Below, in pieces: positions 27,984-38,350 of a DNA stretch of 64,000 nt (position 1 is the stretch's first letter; each line of letters opens with the position of its first letter). Both the position numbers and the translations under genes were made by a program. The notes beneath the pieces are model-generated. The model worked only from the letters and a program-made list of their open reading frames with translations. It made no database searches and had not been told where the DNA came from. Source of the DNA: Clostridia bacterium (GTDB lineage Bacteria; Bacillota; Clostridia; Oscillospirales; CAG-272); contig JAGATD010000049.1 of assembly GCA_017621415.1 (NCBI GenBank), positions 1,127 to 65,126 on the forward strand. Direction: 5' to 3'.

Positions 27984-29648
27984 ATGATAAAGACTAAAAT
28001 TACCTCTTCTCTCGAAAACATCTTCCCCGACGAGGATTTGAACAAGTATCCCGAAATAACACATATCTCCGCACTCAGGGGAGAAAAAATCTCTTTACAG
28101 CTAATTTACAGCTATATAAAAGATGATGACGAGATTTATATGCGAAAAGAGCTTGCGCCTAGGTTATCAGGAGGTCTTGCGGAATACGCAAAGCTTTACG
28201 ACGTGCGATATGTTCCCGTGGAAAAGCCAACAAACTCCGAATATGATGACAATTATCTGCGCACAAGTCCCGGGCTTTTCCCCGACCTTCTAATCCCCCT
28301 AAAAAAAGGCGAAAGTGTTTATACAACTGCCAATGCACTTGACAGTATGTGGATCGAAATATTTATTCCCGAAGACGGTATCGTAGGTGAACAGTCGCTG
28401 TCCATCAGCCTTACCGACCTGAGAAGCGGTGAACAAACAGAAAATTCGGTTATCATAGAGGTTATAGACGCTCTTATTCCCGAACAAAAGCTTATTTTCA
28501 CCCAGTGGTTCTATACAGACTGTCTGGCAACCTATTATAATGTTCCGATATGGTCAAAAAAGCACTGGGAAATCATAGAGAATTTTGCCAAAAAAGCAGT
28601 AGAGCTCGGTATCAATATGCTGCTTACTCCTGTTTTTACTCCCCCTCTTGATACAAAAATCGGAGGAGAAAGACCCACAACACAGCTTGTTGGAGTAAGA
28701 AAATCAAATGATAAATATCACTTCTCCTGGAGACTTCTTGACAAGTGGATAGATATGTGCAACAGAGTGGGAATAAAATATATTGAAATATCTCACTTAT
28801 TTACACAGTGGGGAGCAACCCATGCGCCGAAAGTTATGGCAACTGTTGACGGTGAATACAAGCAGATATTCGGTTGGGACACAGATGCTCACGGTGATGA
28901 ATACCGAATCTTTATACGCACATTCTTAAAGTCGCTTCTTAATCATATGAAAAAGCGCGGAGATGACAAACGTTGCTTCTTCCATATTTCAGACGAGCCA
29001 CACATGGATCAGCTTGAGGACTACAAAAACTCGAAGAGCATAGTTGAAGATATCCTTTCGGATTATATCATAATGGATGCCCTTTCTGACTATGAGTTTT
29101 ACAAGATGGGCATTGTGAAAACTCCGATTCCCTCAAACGATCATATAGAGCCATTTATTGAAAACAATGTGCAAAACCTATGGGCATACTATTGCTGCGG
29201 TCAGTGCGTAGATGTCTCTAACAGACTTATTGCCATGCCCTCATGGCGTAACCGCTCTATCGGAATGCAGATGTTTAAATACAACATTGTAGGATTTTTG
29301 CACTGGGGATACAATTTCTACAATAGTCAGAACTCCCTTAAAGAAATAAATCCCTATCTTGAATTAAGCGGTGAAAAATGGGTTCCCGCCGGTGACACAT
29401 TCTCGGTTTATCCCGCAAAAGACGCAACTCCGCACCCATCTCTGAGAGCGCTTGTATTCTATGAGGCTCTTGAGGATATGCGCGCTATGCAGCTATGCGA
29501 AAGCCTCTACTCTCACGAAGAGGTTGTTAAGGCTGTCGAGGATGCTCTCGGATTTGAGATTGCCTTTGACAAATGCGCGACAAAATCAGAGCAAATTCTG
29601 AAAATGCGCGAAGCTGTAAATGCTATGATAAAGGCGAAATCACATTGA
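27984..29648 (+). CDS. DUF4091 / GH123-like glycoside hydrolase
   Basis: PPLDT, HLFTQWGA, HISDEP, YYCC, GFLHWGYN, GD..VYP, SLR. Confidence 0.75.
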   Translation: MIKTKITSSLENIFPDEDLNKYPEITHISALRGEKISLQLIYSYIKDDDEIYMRKELAPRLSGGLAEYAKLYDVRYVPVEKPTNSEYDDNYLRTSPGLFPDLLIPLKKGESVYTTANALDSMWIEIFIPEDGIVGEQSLSISLTDLRSGEQTENSVIIEVIDALIPEQKLIFTQWFYTDCLATYYNVPIWSKKHWEIIENFAKKAVELGINMLLTPVFTPPLDTKIGGERPTTQLVGVRKSNDKYHFSWRLLDKWIDMCNRVGIKYIEISHLFTQWGATHAPKVMATVDGEYKQIFGWDTDAHGDEYRIFIRTFLKSLLNHMKKRGDDKRCFFHISDEPHMDQLEDYKNSKSIVEDILSDYIIMDALSDYEFYKMGIVKTPIPSNDHIEPFIENNVQNLWAYYCCGQCVDVSNRLIAMPSWRNRSIGMQMFKYNIVGFLHWGYNFYNSQNSLKEINPYLELSGEKWVPAGDTFSVYPAKDATPHPSLRALVFYEALEDMRAMQLCESLYSHEEVVKAVEDALGFEIAFDKCATKSEQILKMREAVNAMIKAKSH

Positions 29649-29678
29649 TTTAGCAAACATTCAGTTACTTTATATTTA

Positions 29679-29712
29679 AAAAACGAGCATCACAGGGTGG
29701 ATGCTCGTTTTT
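29679..29712. terminator. Bidirectional intrinsic terminator
   Basis: AAAAACGAGCATC..GATGCTCGTTTTT. Confidence 0.85.
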
Positions 29713-29722
29713 GTTTTAGCAA

Positions 29723-30475
29723 TTATGCAACAATAATTTTGCCTTTGAGAATATCCCGCATTTTCTCGGGCGGCTCCTTATCTGTTATAACAATGTCAAC
29801 ATCATCAAGAGGCATAAGATTAAACTGCGCTTGCTGACCGAACTTTGTATGAACGGCTAAAAAAACCTTTTTTGCTGAAAGGCGGCAAACCGCCTGCCTT
29901 AAGAAATTCTCCGCGGGAGAAGTTGTGTCTACAATCATGCCCGAGTCGTTTATACCGTGAGAGGAGAAAAACATAAAGTCAAAATTGAATTTTGAAATCA
30001 TTTCCTCGGCATAGGAGCCGGCAAATCCGTATGAATTGTTTTGAAGCTCTCCGCCTGTGGTATAACACTTTATACCTCTGGTTGAAAGAGTGAGCGCAAG
30101 TTTTACGCTGTTTGTTACAACTGTTACCAGACTGCGCTCTGTCAGATACTCGGCAATGTTAAGCGCAGTGGTAGATGCGTCAATAAATATAACACTTTTT
30201 TCGGTTATGAGCGATGCTGCTTTTTTGCATATTCTCCTTTTTTCGTTAGGCGAAATGCTTTTTCGATGGTTGGCAGGCATCAAAATATGTTCGGAATTAA
30301 GCCTCTTGGCGCCTCCATGGCTTCTTATCAAAAGTCCCCTTGAGTCAAGCTCAGCAAGATCGCGGCGTATTGTTGGCATACTGACATAAAGCCTATTTGC
30401 AAGATTTTGCGCCGATGTATACATCTCCTCGTCAAGAAGCTCTAATATCTTGTCGTATCTCTCTTCTTTTAGCAT
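29723..30475 (-). CDS. DeoR/GlpR family regulator
   Basis: ERYDKIL, VSMPTIRRDL, RSHGGA, FIDASTT, VVTNS; ATG at 30475 after GGAGGA. Confidence 0.92.
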   Translation of the reverse strand: MLKEERYDKILELLDEEMYTSAQNLANRLYVSMPTIRRDLAELDSRGLLIRSHGGAKRLNSEHILMPANHRKSISPNEKRRICKKAASLITEKSVIFIDASTTALNIAEYLTERSLVTVVTNSVKLALTLSTRGIKCYTTGGELQNNSYGFAGSYAEEMISKFNFDFMFFSSHGINDSGMIVDTTSPAENFLRQAVCRLSAKKVFLAVHTKFGQQAQFNLMPLDDVDIVITDKEPPEKMRDILKGKIIVA

Positions 30476-30492
30476 ATTTCCTCCAATGAGCA

Positions 30493-30554
30493 CTTTTGAT
30501 TGTTTATCTGATTTTTAAACAGCTATTGACAAGCGCTTTTGATTGTTTTATTAT
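30493..30554 (+). promoter_or_regulatory. Promoter with direct-repeat operators (likely DeoR sites)
   Basis: CTTTTGATTGTTT at 30493-30505 and 30536-30548; TTGACA(30526)-17-TATTAT. Confidence 0.65.
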
Positions 30555-30602
30555 TATTGTAGTATATTTTTATCGTAATGTCAATATAGGAGGCTCAAAA
30601 AA

Positions 30603-31868
30603 ATGAATATAAATAAGCTGCTTTCGGGTATTTCGGACTGCGTGTGCGGAAAAAAGCACACCTGCACCATAGATTATGTTGAAATCGGAGAGGGCGCACT
30701 TAACATACTCCCCGAAATATGCAGGGATTATAAACACATTCTTCTGGTTGCTGACTGTAACACATACAAGGCAGCGGGAGAGGCGGCATATGCACATCTT
30801 ACAGACAAAATAAATAAAAAGCTTATACTCGGTGACAAGGGTGAGCTTCTTATTCCTGATGAAAAGGCTCTTGACACTATTCGCAGCTCTGTAAGTGACG
30901 AAACCGACCTTATTCTCGGTGTTGGCTCGGGGGTGATAAACGACCTTTGCAAGGAAGTAAGCTTTGAAAATAATCTTCCTTATTATATTATAGCAACCGC
31001 ACCGTCGATGGACGGATATGCATCAGTGGGCTCGGCTCTTATACTTGGGGGAATGAAAATCACAATGAATGCAAGACCGCCAAAGGCTATTATAGCAGAT
31101 TCCGAGGTGATAAGAAATGCGCCTATGGATATGATAAGAGCCGGATACGGTGATATTATCGGCAAATTTTCCTGCCTTAGCGACTGGAAGCTGGCGGCGC
31201 TTTTGCGTAACGAGTACTTCTGCCCTACTGTTTACGAGCTTACATTGAATACTGCCAAAGAGGTGCGCTCACTTGCTAACAAAATTTCCGAACGTGACGG
31301 TGAAGCTATTTCGGCTCTCATGGAGGCTCTTGTTGCTGTTGGAATTGCTATGGCGTATGTTGGAAACTCCCGCCCTGCCTCGGGCTGTGAGCATCACCTG
31401 TCTCATTATTTTGAAATTACGGGTATTCTTAACAGTGAGGATTACTTCGCCCACGGTATAGACGTTGGATTCTCGGCTGTTAAATGCGCTCAAATACGTG
31501 AAAAAATGTTGTCCATAGCTCCTGTAAAAAGGGATTTTGATAAAGAAAAATGGCTTTCGGAAATCAAGAGAATTTATTCCACGTCTGCCGACGGAGTTAT
31601 CGCATTACAGGAGCAGCTTGGCTGGTACGAGGAAGACGACAGTGATACTGTAGCCGCAAAATGGAACGAAATTTGTGAGATTTTGAAAGAAGTTCCTACT
31701 GCCTCCGAGTTTATCTCCATGCTTAGTGAGGTGGGCTTAAATTATTCCGACTTTGAGGAGCTTTACGGCAAGAAAAAGGTTGACGATGCTATCCTTTACG
31801 CAAAGGATTTAAAGGACAGATACACAATCCTCTGGCTTTACTACACCTATTTCAGAGAGGAACACTAA
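30603..31868 (+). CDS. sn-glycerol-1-phosphate dehydrogenase (AraM/EgsA family)
   Basis: CVCGKKH, GVGSGVINDLCK, TAPSMDGYAS, GYGDIIGK, SRPASGCEHHLSH, HG. Confidence 0.88.
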   Translation: MNINKLLSGISDCVCGKKHTCTIDYVEIGEGALNILPEICRDYKHILLVADCNTYKAAGEAAYAHLTDKINKKLILGDKGELLIPDEKALDTIRSSVSDETDLILGVGSGVINDLCKEVSFENNLPYYIIATAPSMDGYASVGSALILGGMKITMNARPPKAIIADSEVIRNAPMDMIRAGYGDIIGKFSCLSDWKLAALLRNEYFCPTVYELTLNTAKEVRSLANKISERDGEAISALMEALVAVGIAMAYVGNSRPASGCEHHLSHYFEITGILNSEDYFAHGIDVGFSAVKCAQIREKMLSIAPVKRDFDKEKWLSEIKRIYSTSADGVIALQEQLGWYEEDDSDTVAAKWNEICEILKEVPTASEFISMLSEVGLNYSDFEELYGKKKVDDAILYAKDLKDRYTILWLYYTYFREEH

Positions 31869-31869
31869 A

Positions 31870-32589
31870 ATGGGGTCCAAAATAAAGCTTTTGGCATTTG
31901 ACCTTGACGGCACGGTTACTCAGCACAAATCTCAGATTGAAAAGGACAATTTAGAGCTTTTTACCGCTCTTTCAAAAAAATACAGGCTTCTTATGGTAGG
32001 CGCAGGCGGCTGCATGAGAATTTTTAATCAGCTTCAAAAATTTCCCATTGATATCATAGGCAACTACGGACTCCAGTTTGCCAAGTACAACGAACAAACA
32101 GGCGAGCTTGAAATAAAAAGAGATGTTGTTTTACCTATTGACAAGGAAAGCGTAGACAAGAGAGCTAGGGAGCTTAGATGCCTCTTCGGGTTTACCGAAT
32201 TTACGGGCGAGAGCGTTGAATATCACCCCTCGGGATGCATAACTATCGCTATTCTCGGAACAAAGGCAAATCTGTCTGACAAGCTTGTTTTTGACCCTGA
32301 CAGAAGCCGCCGCAGAGCTATACATGATGATGTTAAAGCGGCATTTCCCGAATACACCGTTTTCATCGGCGGAACATCGTCCTTCGATATGGCTCCTGCC
32401 CCATACAACAAGGCATATTCCCTCTCAGAATACTGCAGGGAGCACGGCATCTCTCACGATGAGGTGGTATACTTTGGCGACGACTACGGAAAGGGCGGAA
32501 ACGACGAGTCGATTTATCTCTCTGACTTTAATTTTATTAAGATAGACGATTACAGAACTCTGCCCCAAAAGGCCGCATTTTTGCTTTAA
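31870..32589 (+). CDS. HAD-IIB hydrolase, phosphomannomutase-like
   Basis: DLDGTV, GGTSSFD, YFGDDYGKGGNDESI. Confidence 0.8.
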   Translation: MGSKIKLLAFDLDGTVTQHKSQIEKDNLELFTALSKKYRLLMVGAGGCMRIFNQLQKFPIDIIGNYGLQFAKYNEQTGELEIKRDVVLPIDKESVDKRARELRCLFGFTEFTGESVEYHPSGCITIAILGTKANLSDKLVFDPDRSRRRAIHDDVKAAFPEYTVFIGGTSSFDMAPAPYNKAYSLSEYCREHGISHDEVVYFGDDYGKGGNDESIYLSDFNFIKIDDYRTLPQKAAFLL

Positions 32590-32596
32590 TATATAG

Positions 32597-32628
32597 AAAA
32601 CCACGAGCATTTTACTGTTCGTGGTTTT
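32597..32628. terminator. Bidirectional terminator
   Basis: AAAACCACGAGCA..TGTTCGTGGTTTT. Confidence 0.8.
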
Positions 32629-32641
32629 TGTTATGCAATTA

Positions 32642-33454
32642 TTACAGCACCTTAGAGAGGAATTCCTGAAGGCGTGGGTCCTTTGGGTGGTCGAAGACAT
32701 CCTCGGGTGTTCCCTGCTCCTTGATTTTTCCTTCATCTATAAAGAGTATTCTGTCGGCTACCTCTCTGGCAAAGCCCATTTCGTGAGTTACAATAACCAT
32801 TGTCATTCCCTCTTTTGCCAGTTCCTTCATAAGATCGAGAACCTCGCCGACCATTTCAGGGTCGAGAGCTGAGGTAGGCTCATCAAAGAGAATCACCTTG
32901 GGGTTCATAGCCAAAGCTCTGACAATAGCAACTCGCTGCTTTTGTCCGCCCGAAAGAGTTGAGGGATAAACATCAGCCTTATCCTCAAGACCTATTCTGC
33001 GAAGCAGAGCCATTGCGCGCTCGCGCTCCTCTTTCTTTATATCTGCCTTTGTAAGCTTAGGAGCATCACCGCTTTTGGAACTGCGACGAAGCTTTTTTGT
33101 CCTTACATAAACAGGAGCAAGCATAATGTTTTCAATCACGGTCTTGTTGTTAAACAGGTTAAACTGCTGGAACACCATTCCGATATTCTCACGGTGAACA
33201 TTGATATCTATACTTGTATCCGCAATATCAACTCCCTCAAATATTATTGAGCCGGATGTGGGATCCTCCATACAGTTTATACAGCGGAGAAATGTTGATT
33301 TTCCGCAGCCTGACGGACCGATTATTGCTATTTGATCGCCGTTATGAATATCAAGGTCTATTCCGCCAAGAACTTCGTGGTTGCCAAAGCTCTTATGCAG
33401 GTCCTTAATGGAAAAAAGCACCTCGGAGGTTGATTCTATTTTTTTACTTTCCAT
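32642..33454 (-). CDS. Polar amino acid ABC transporter ATPase
   Basis: [42 protein letters not shown]. Confidence 0.95.
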   Translation of the reverse strand: MESKKIESTSEVLFSIKDLHKSFGNHEVLGGIDLDIHNGDQIAIIGPSGCGKSTFLRCINCMEDPTSGSIIFEGVDIADTSIDINVHRENIGMVFQQFNLFNNKTVIENIMLAPVYVRTKKLRRSSKSGDAPKLTKADIKKEERERAMALLRRIGLEDKADVYPSTLSGGQKQRVAIVRALAMNPKVILFDEPTSALDPEMVGEVLDLMKELAKEGMTMVIVTHEMGFAREVADRILFIDEGKIKEQGTPEDVFDHPKDPRLQEFLSKVL

Positions 33455-33466
33455 TTTACTACCTCC

Positions 33467-34159
33467 TTATCTTCTGTCGCCTGCGCGCAGACGCTTTTCA
33501 ATTCCCTTAATTCCAAAGCTAAGGGTGTAAACTATCGCAAGATAGAAGCAGGCAGCCACCGACATAGGCACTATGTAACTTGCCATATTATTACCTGCGC
33601 CGATTACCTTTGCCGCCTGAGTAAGGTCATACATTCCTATCATACTTACGATAGAAGTTTCCTTGATAAGGGCTATAAGCTCGTTACCAATGGCGGGAAT
33701 AACATTCTTTACAGCCTGAGGGATTACTATTTTCATAAGTGTTACGCCGTAAGGCAATCCAAGCGCACGGCCTGCCTCGGTCTGTCCGATATCAACCGAA
33801 AGAATACCGCCTCTTATACTCTCAGAAACATATGCGCCCGAATTTATACCAAATGCGATTATCGCGGTAATTTCCTGGGGGAAACCTCGAATAGCAAAAA
33901 TAGCATACATCATTATGAAGAGCTGAAGCGCCATGGGTGTTCCTCTTATAACAGTTACATACACCTTGCAAATGATTTTAGGCAGCTTCATCAAAGGAGA
34001 ATCGGGACATATAGCAACAAGAGCTACAAGAGTTCCGAGAAAAAGACCCAGTATCGCAGAAAACAGCGACACAACTAAAGTCGTTCCGAGTCCCGTAAAG
34101 AGCATACTCATATATTTGGCGGAACTGAGAAGCTCCCATATTTCAGCAAAAAAAGTCAT
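33467..34159 (-). CDS. Polar amino acid ABC transporter permease
   Basis: RGTP, NSGAYVSE, GQTEAGRALG, IKETS. Confidence 0.95.
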   Translation of the reverse strand: MTFFAEIWELLSSAKYMSMLFTGLGTTLVVSLFSAILGLFLGTLVALVAICPDSPLMKLPKIICKVYVTVIRGTPMALQLFIMMYAIFAIRGFPQEITAIIAFGINSGAYVSESIRGGILSVDIGQTEAGRALGLPYGVTLMKIVIPQAVKNVIPAIGNELIALIKETSIVSMIGMYDLTQAAKVIGAGNNMASYIVPMSVAACFYLAIVYTLSFGIKGIEKRLRAGDRR

Positions 34160-34229
34160 TATATTTTTCCTCTATAAGCACGGAAAAAGAACTGTGCCGC
34201 AGCACGGTTCTTTTCCCAAAATTCGTTTA

Positions 34230-35084
34230 TTACTTGTTAAGACCCATGTGGTTCATAACCATTTCCTGGATCTTTGCCTCACCAAGCTCAGCGAGAACTT
34301 CATTAATAGCAGTAAGAAGCTCATCGTTACCCTTGGTTACACAGATTGCATACTGCTCTTCAACAGGAGCGTCAGCCTCTCCGTCAGAACCGCTGTAATA
34401 AAGAGGATAGCACTTAAGAGACTTAGAAGAATTCTCAACAAGATACTTTGAGGGAAGCTCATCAATAATGATAACATCTGCGGTAACACCAAGCGCATCT
34501 ACAGCAGCCTGAGCATCGGGCATCTCAACGTGTGATGTGCCTGTGCCATAGAGAACACCGTTGTAACCGTAGTCTTCATCCTCCTCAGTTGCGTTTATTT
34601 CACCGTCAGTGTAGATCCAACCGGTTGTATCGATCTGAGTAGCGATCTTCTTACCGGCGAGAGCCTCCCAAACGATGTACTCAACACCGCCCGCAGTCTT
34701 TGTAGCAACAGAAACACCGTCGGGAACGATAACGTACTGAATAGAAGTGTAATAGGGGTTAGAGAATGCAACCTTTTCCTTACGAGCCTCGGTAATTGTT
34801 ATACCGGCAGCACCGCAGTCAGCCATGGTTCCGTCAGCAACATTGTCTATAATGGTGCCGAAGTCTCCGTCTTTCCAGGTAATCTTTTTACCAAGCTTCT
34901 TTCCCACAAGTTCCATGATGTCAACGTCAACACCAACAATCTCGGTACCGTCATAATACTCAAAGGGAGGGAAGTACGCATTGGTGCGAACGATAATTTC
35001 CTCTGTGTCAGCACAGGAGGAAAGCGCAAATGCTACGCCAAGCACCATTGTAAGTGCAAGAATAAGCGAAACTATTTTTTTCAT
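34230..35084 (-). CDS. Amino acid ABC transporter substrate-binding lipoprotein
   Basis: Lipobox LSSC, TNAYFPPFEY, GVDVD, GITITEAR, FSNPYY. Confidence 0.92.
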   Translation of the reverse strand: MKKIVSLILALTMVLGVAFALSSCADTEEIIVRTNAYFPPFEYYDGTEIVGVDVDIMELVGKKLGKKITWKDGDFGTIIDNVADGTMADCGAAGITITEARKEKVAFSNPYYTSIQYVIVPDGVSVATKTAGGVEYIVWEALAGKKIATQIDTTGWIYTDGEINATEEDEDYGYNGVLYGTGTSHVEMPDAQAAVDALGVTADVIIIDELPSKYLVENSSKSLKCYPLYYSGSDGEADAPVEEQYAICVTKGNDELLTAINEVLAELGEAKIQEMVMNHMGLNK

Positions 35085-35136
35085 TTTTTATATTCCTTTC
35101 TCTTCGGGACTTGCCCGTTTGTTTTTTGATGTCATA

Positions 35137-35165
35137 ATTATACAACAACCTCGTGCGGAAGTCAA
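35137..35165 (-). promoter_or_regulatory. sigmaA promoter of the ABC transporter operon
   Basis: TTGACT-17-TATAAT with extended TG. Confidence 0.75.
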
Positions 35166-35319
35166 GGCTTTTTTGAAACAAAATTCGTTTTTGTTGCATT
35201 TTCATTCATTGCTTCGTTTTGATGTATCTGTTTTTGTGCAAATGTAATAAATTTTATAATAGAATTTTAATTGATTTATTTTCATTAAATATAAAATATT
35301 AATTTCGCAAATTGGTATG

Positions 35320-35378
35320 CCGAATTATATGCACTCTATTCATTGTTTATGCATAACCATTTTGTGCATAATTATGCA
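35320..35378. promoter_or_regulatory. Putative ARG (ArgR) boxes
   Basis: Perfect palindrome TGCATAATTATGCA at 35365-35378 plus weaker copies upstream. Confidence 0.5.
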
Positions 35379-35458
35379 TTTTAATTTGATATTGATTTTT
35401 TTGCCGTTTTGTGGTACAATACTTGTGTTGTTTTATAAAAAATGGGAGGACTGCATTT

Positions 35459-37381
35459 ATGATTGCGCTTTCAACTCAGGACATAAATCTGTCCTTCGGT
35501 ACAGATGTTATATTAAAGGACATATCCTTTGCCGTAAATGACGGTGACAGACTTGGTATCATAGGTGTTAACGGCGCGGGAAAAACCTCGCTTTTCCGTA
35601 TTCTCACAGGAAAATACACACCCGACTCGGGAGCTGTATACATTCAAAAGGGACACACTGTCGGAATTCTGGAGCAAAACCCCGACCTTTCGGCTTTGCC
35701 CGGTGAGACATCCTGCCTTGAATATATGTACACCGCCTTCCCTGACCTTCTTTTACTTGAAAAAGAAATTGAAAGATGTGAAAAAGAGCTTTCCGAGTCC
35801 ACAGGAGACAAAACCATAGCACTTTCCAACACTTTGAACGACTTAAACACTCGATTTTCAAGAGAGGGCGGACTTGAATTTCGTTCGAGATGCAAGGGTA
35901 TGCTTTTACGTCTCGGATTTGATGAAGAACTGATAAATCAGAAGATACGGACACTTTCCGGCGGTCAGTACACCCGTTTGGCTCTGGCAAGACTGCTTGC
36001 AACCGAGCCGGATATTCTTATGCTCGATGAGCCTACGAACCACCTGGATATTGATGCGCTCTCCTGGCTTGAGGGCTTTATCGCAAATTACAAAAAGACG
36101 GTGCTTATCGTCTCTCACGACCGTTACTTCCTTGACAGAACAACAAACAAGACTCTTTGGCTCAGATATTCAAAAGCCAGGCTTTATAACGGAAGCTATA
36201 CAAAATGCAAGGCGGAAGCCGAGGCTGAGGCTGCATCTCTCGAAAAGAGATATAAGGAGCAGCAAAAGGAGATTGCCAAAATTCAGGCAAACATCGACTT
36301 TCAGCGCAGATGCAACAGAGAGCACAACTTTGTTACCATAAGGGCAAAGGAAAAGCAGCTTGCCAGAATGGAAAAGGTTGAGCTTGCGCCAAAGGAAGAA
36401 AAGAGCATCAGGCTCAGCTTCGCAACCGAGGAGGAGTCGGCAGGCGATGTTTTGGAAGCTAAGGAGCTGTCCTTCTCTTACGGCGGAAAGCCGCTTATTA
36501 ATAATATTTCATTCCTTGTGAGAAGATACGAGCGTGTTTTGTTCCTTGGCCAAAACGGCTGCGGAAAATCAACTCTTATGAAGCTGATAAACTCTATGCT
36601 CACCCCAACTCACGGAAAAATCACCTTAGGCTATAACATTAAAATAGGCTACTACGATCAGGAAAACCGCGGTCTATGCGACTCGAATACTGTTTTCGAG
36701 GAACTGAGACATGAATATCCCACAAAAACCGACCTTGAGCTAAGGTCAACTCTTGCTCTATTCCTTTTCGATGCAGACGATATAACCCGAAAGGTTTCTA
36801 CCCTTTCTGGAGGTGAACGAGCAAGGCTCACTCTTTCAAAGCTTATTCTTAAAAAGGTTAATCTGCTTGTCATGGACGAGCCTACAAACCATCTGGATAT
36901 AAGCTCATCGGAGGCGCTTGAAAATGCGTTGCTCGCCTTTGACGGAACGATTATTGCCGTTTCTCACGACAGATACTTTATCAACAGGATAGCAACCAGG
37001 ATAATTGAGCTTGCTCCAACCCACGAGCGCGGGATGTTTGATTACTCGCTTGAGGACTATGACGAGGCATATACCGAATATATGCGCCTCAGAGAGTTAA
37101 AAAAGCAGTCGGCGGCAGAAAAGGAAGCAAAGAGCGCTCAGCCAACAGACTCAAAGCTCTCATACGAGGAGAGAAAAAGAGAAAACGCAGAGCGCAGAGC
37201 CAAGGAGAAAAAAAGAGAGCGGGCTGAGGCAAGAATCGAAGAGCTTGAAGCTGAAATCGAGGCTTTGGACAATGAGCTGTTCGGCGAGGCGGCAAGCGAC
37301 TATGTAAGGGCTGCCGAGATTGACAAGCGAAAAGGCGAAATAGAGGAAGAGCTGCTGGAGCTTTATGGGCTTATAATGTAA
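35459..37381 (+). CDS. ABC-F family ribosome-associated ATPase
   Basis: Two NBDs (GVNGAGKT/LSGGQ/LDEPTNHLD; GQNGCGKS/LSGGE), no TMs, coiled-coil tail; ATG at 35459 after GGGAGG. Confidence 0.93.
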   Translation: MIALSTQDINLSFGTDVILKDISFAVNDGDRLGIIGVNGAGKTSLFRILTGKYTPDSGAVYIQKGHTVGILEQNPDLSALPGETSCLEYMYTAFPDLLLLEKEIERCEKELSESTGDKTIALSNTLNDLNTRFSREGGLEFRSRCKGMLLRLGFDEELINQKIRTLSGGQYTRLALARLLATEPDILMLDEPTNHLDIDALSWLEGFIANYKKTVLIVSHDRYFLDRTTNKTLWLRYSKARLYNGSYTKCKAEAEAEAASLEKRYKEQQKEIAKIQANIDFQRRCNREHNFVTIRAKEKQLARMEKVELAPKEEKSIRLSFATEEESAGDVLEAKELSFSYGGKPLINNISFLVRRYERVLFLGQNGCGKSTLMKLINSMLTPTHGKITLGYNIKIGYYDQENRGLCDSNTVFEELRHEYPTKTDLELRSTLALFLFDADDITRKVSTLSGGERARLTLSKLILKKVNLLVMDEPTNHLDISSSEALENALLAFDGTIIAVSHDRYFINRIATRIIELAPTHERGMFDYSLEDYDEAYTEYMRLRELKKQSAAEKEAKSAQPTDSKLSYEERKRENAERRAKEKKRERAEARIEELEAEIEALDNELFGEAASDYVRAAEIDKRKGEIEEELLELYGLIM

Positions 37382-37417
37382 CTTTTCAAACAAAAAAGCG
37401 AAAAAGGAGGGCTGATT

Positions 37418-38350
37418 ATGGAAACTATTAAATATGAATACGGCAAAAAGCCTAAGCTCTCCCCGTCGGTTTTAGCCCTTGGTTTTTTTGACGGTGTAAC
37501 ACTTGCCCACAGGGAGCTGTTGAAAGAAGCAAGAAAAATCGCAGACAAAAAAGGACTTTCTCTCGGGGTATTTACCTTTTACTCAACCGACCCTATAAAG
37601 CCTCTTTCTGAGAGGATATACTCAACCGAGGACAAGCTTTTGCTCCTTGGCAGATGCGGTGTGGATTTTGTCATTCTGTCAAGCTTTGATGAGCTTTCGG
37701 GGCTTTCTCCCGAGGAATTTGTTAGAATAATTTCCGAGGACCTTGGGGCATCTGTTGCTGTTTCGGGCTTTAATTTCCGTTTTGGAAAGGGTGCGCGGGG
37801 TAATGTGGCAGATTTAAAGAGTCTTATGGAAAAAGGCGGCGGCAGTGCGGTCACCGTTAAGGAACAAACTCTTGACGGAAAAAGCATTTCGGCAACTCTT
37901 ATAAGAGAGTTGATTTCTCTTGATAAAATTGAAGAAGCAAACCACCTGCTTGGCGCTCCGTATATGCTCCGCGGCTTGGTCTCATCGGGAAAGGGGCTTG
38001 GACATTCCTTGGGATTTCCTACAGTTAACACCGATATTCCCTCGGGCAGAGCAACACCTTTAGGGGTTTATCGCTCGGCGGTTCCTATCGGCGACAGGAT
38101 ATATCACGCAGTTACAAATATCGGAAGCTGCCCTACCATGGGTGAAAGAAAGACCCATGCCGAAACACACATAATTGATTACGATGGCGACCTTTACTCT
38201 AAGGATATTGAGGTTTATCTTCTCGGATACCTGAGAGATGAGATAAGATTTAACACACCGGAGGAGCTTATCGCACAGGTCGAGGAAGATAAAAAAAGAG
38301 CAATTAAAGAAAACGGAGAACTGACATGTCAAAAACTTGGACTAAAATAA
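37418..38350 (+). CDS. ribF: Bifunctional riboflavin kinase/FAD synthetase
   Basis: LGFFDGV, GFNFRFG, ISATLIR, LGFPTVN, GVY, NIG..PT, ETHI. Confidence 0.92.
   Translation: METIKYEYGKKPKLSPSVLALGFFDGVTLAHRELLKEARKIADKKGLSLGVFTFYSTDPIKPLSERIYSTEDKLLLLGRCGVDFVILSSFDELSGLSPEEFVRIISEDLGASVAVSGFNFRFGKGARGNVADLKSLMEKGGGSAVTVKEQTLDGKSISATLIRELISLDKIEEANHLLGAPYMLRGLVSSGKGLGHSLGFPTVNTDIPSGRATPLGVYRSAVPIGDRIYHAVTNIGSCPTMGERKTHAETHIIDYDGDLYSKDIEVYLLGYLRDEIRFNTPEELIAQVEEDKKRAIKENGELTCQKLGLK

Noticed and set aside
35459-37381. Antibiotic-resistance ABC-F
   Set aside because: Housekeeping context (ribF-prmA-rsmE) and no attenuator leader seen; the subfamily cannot be assigned by eye.
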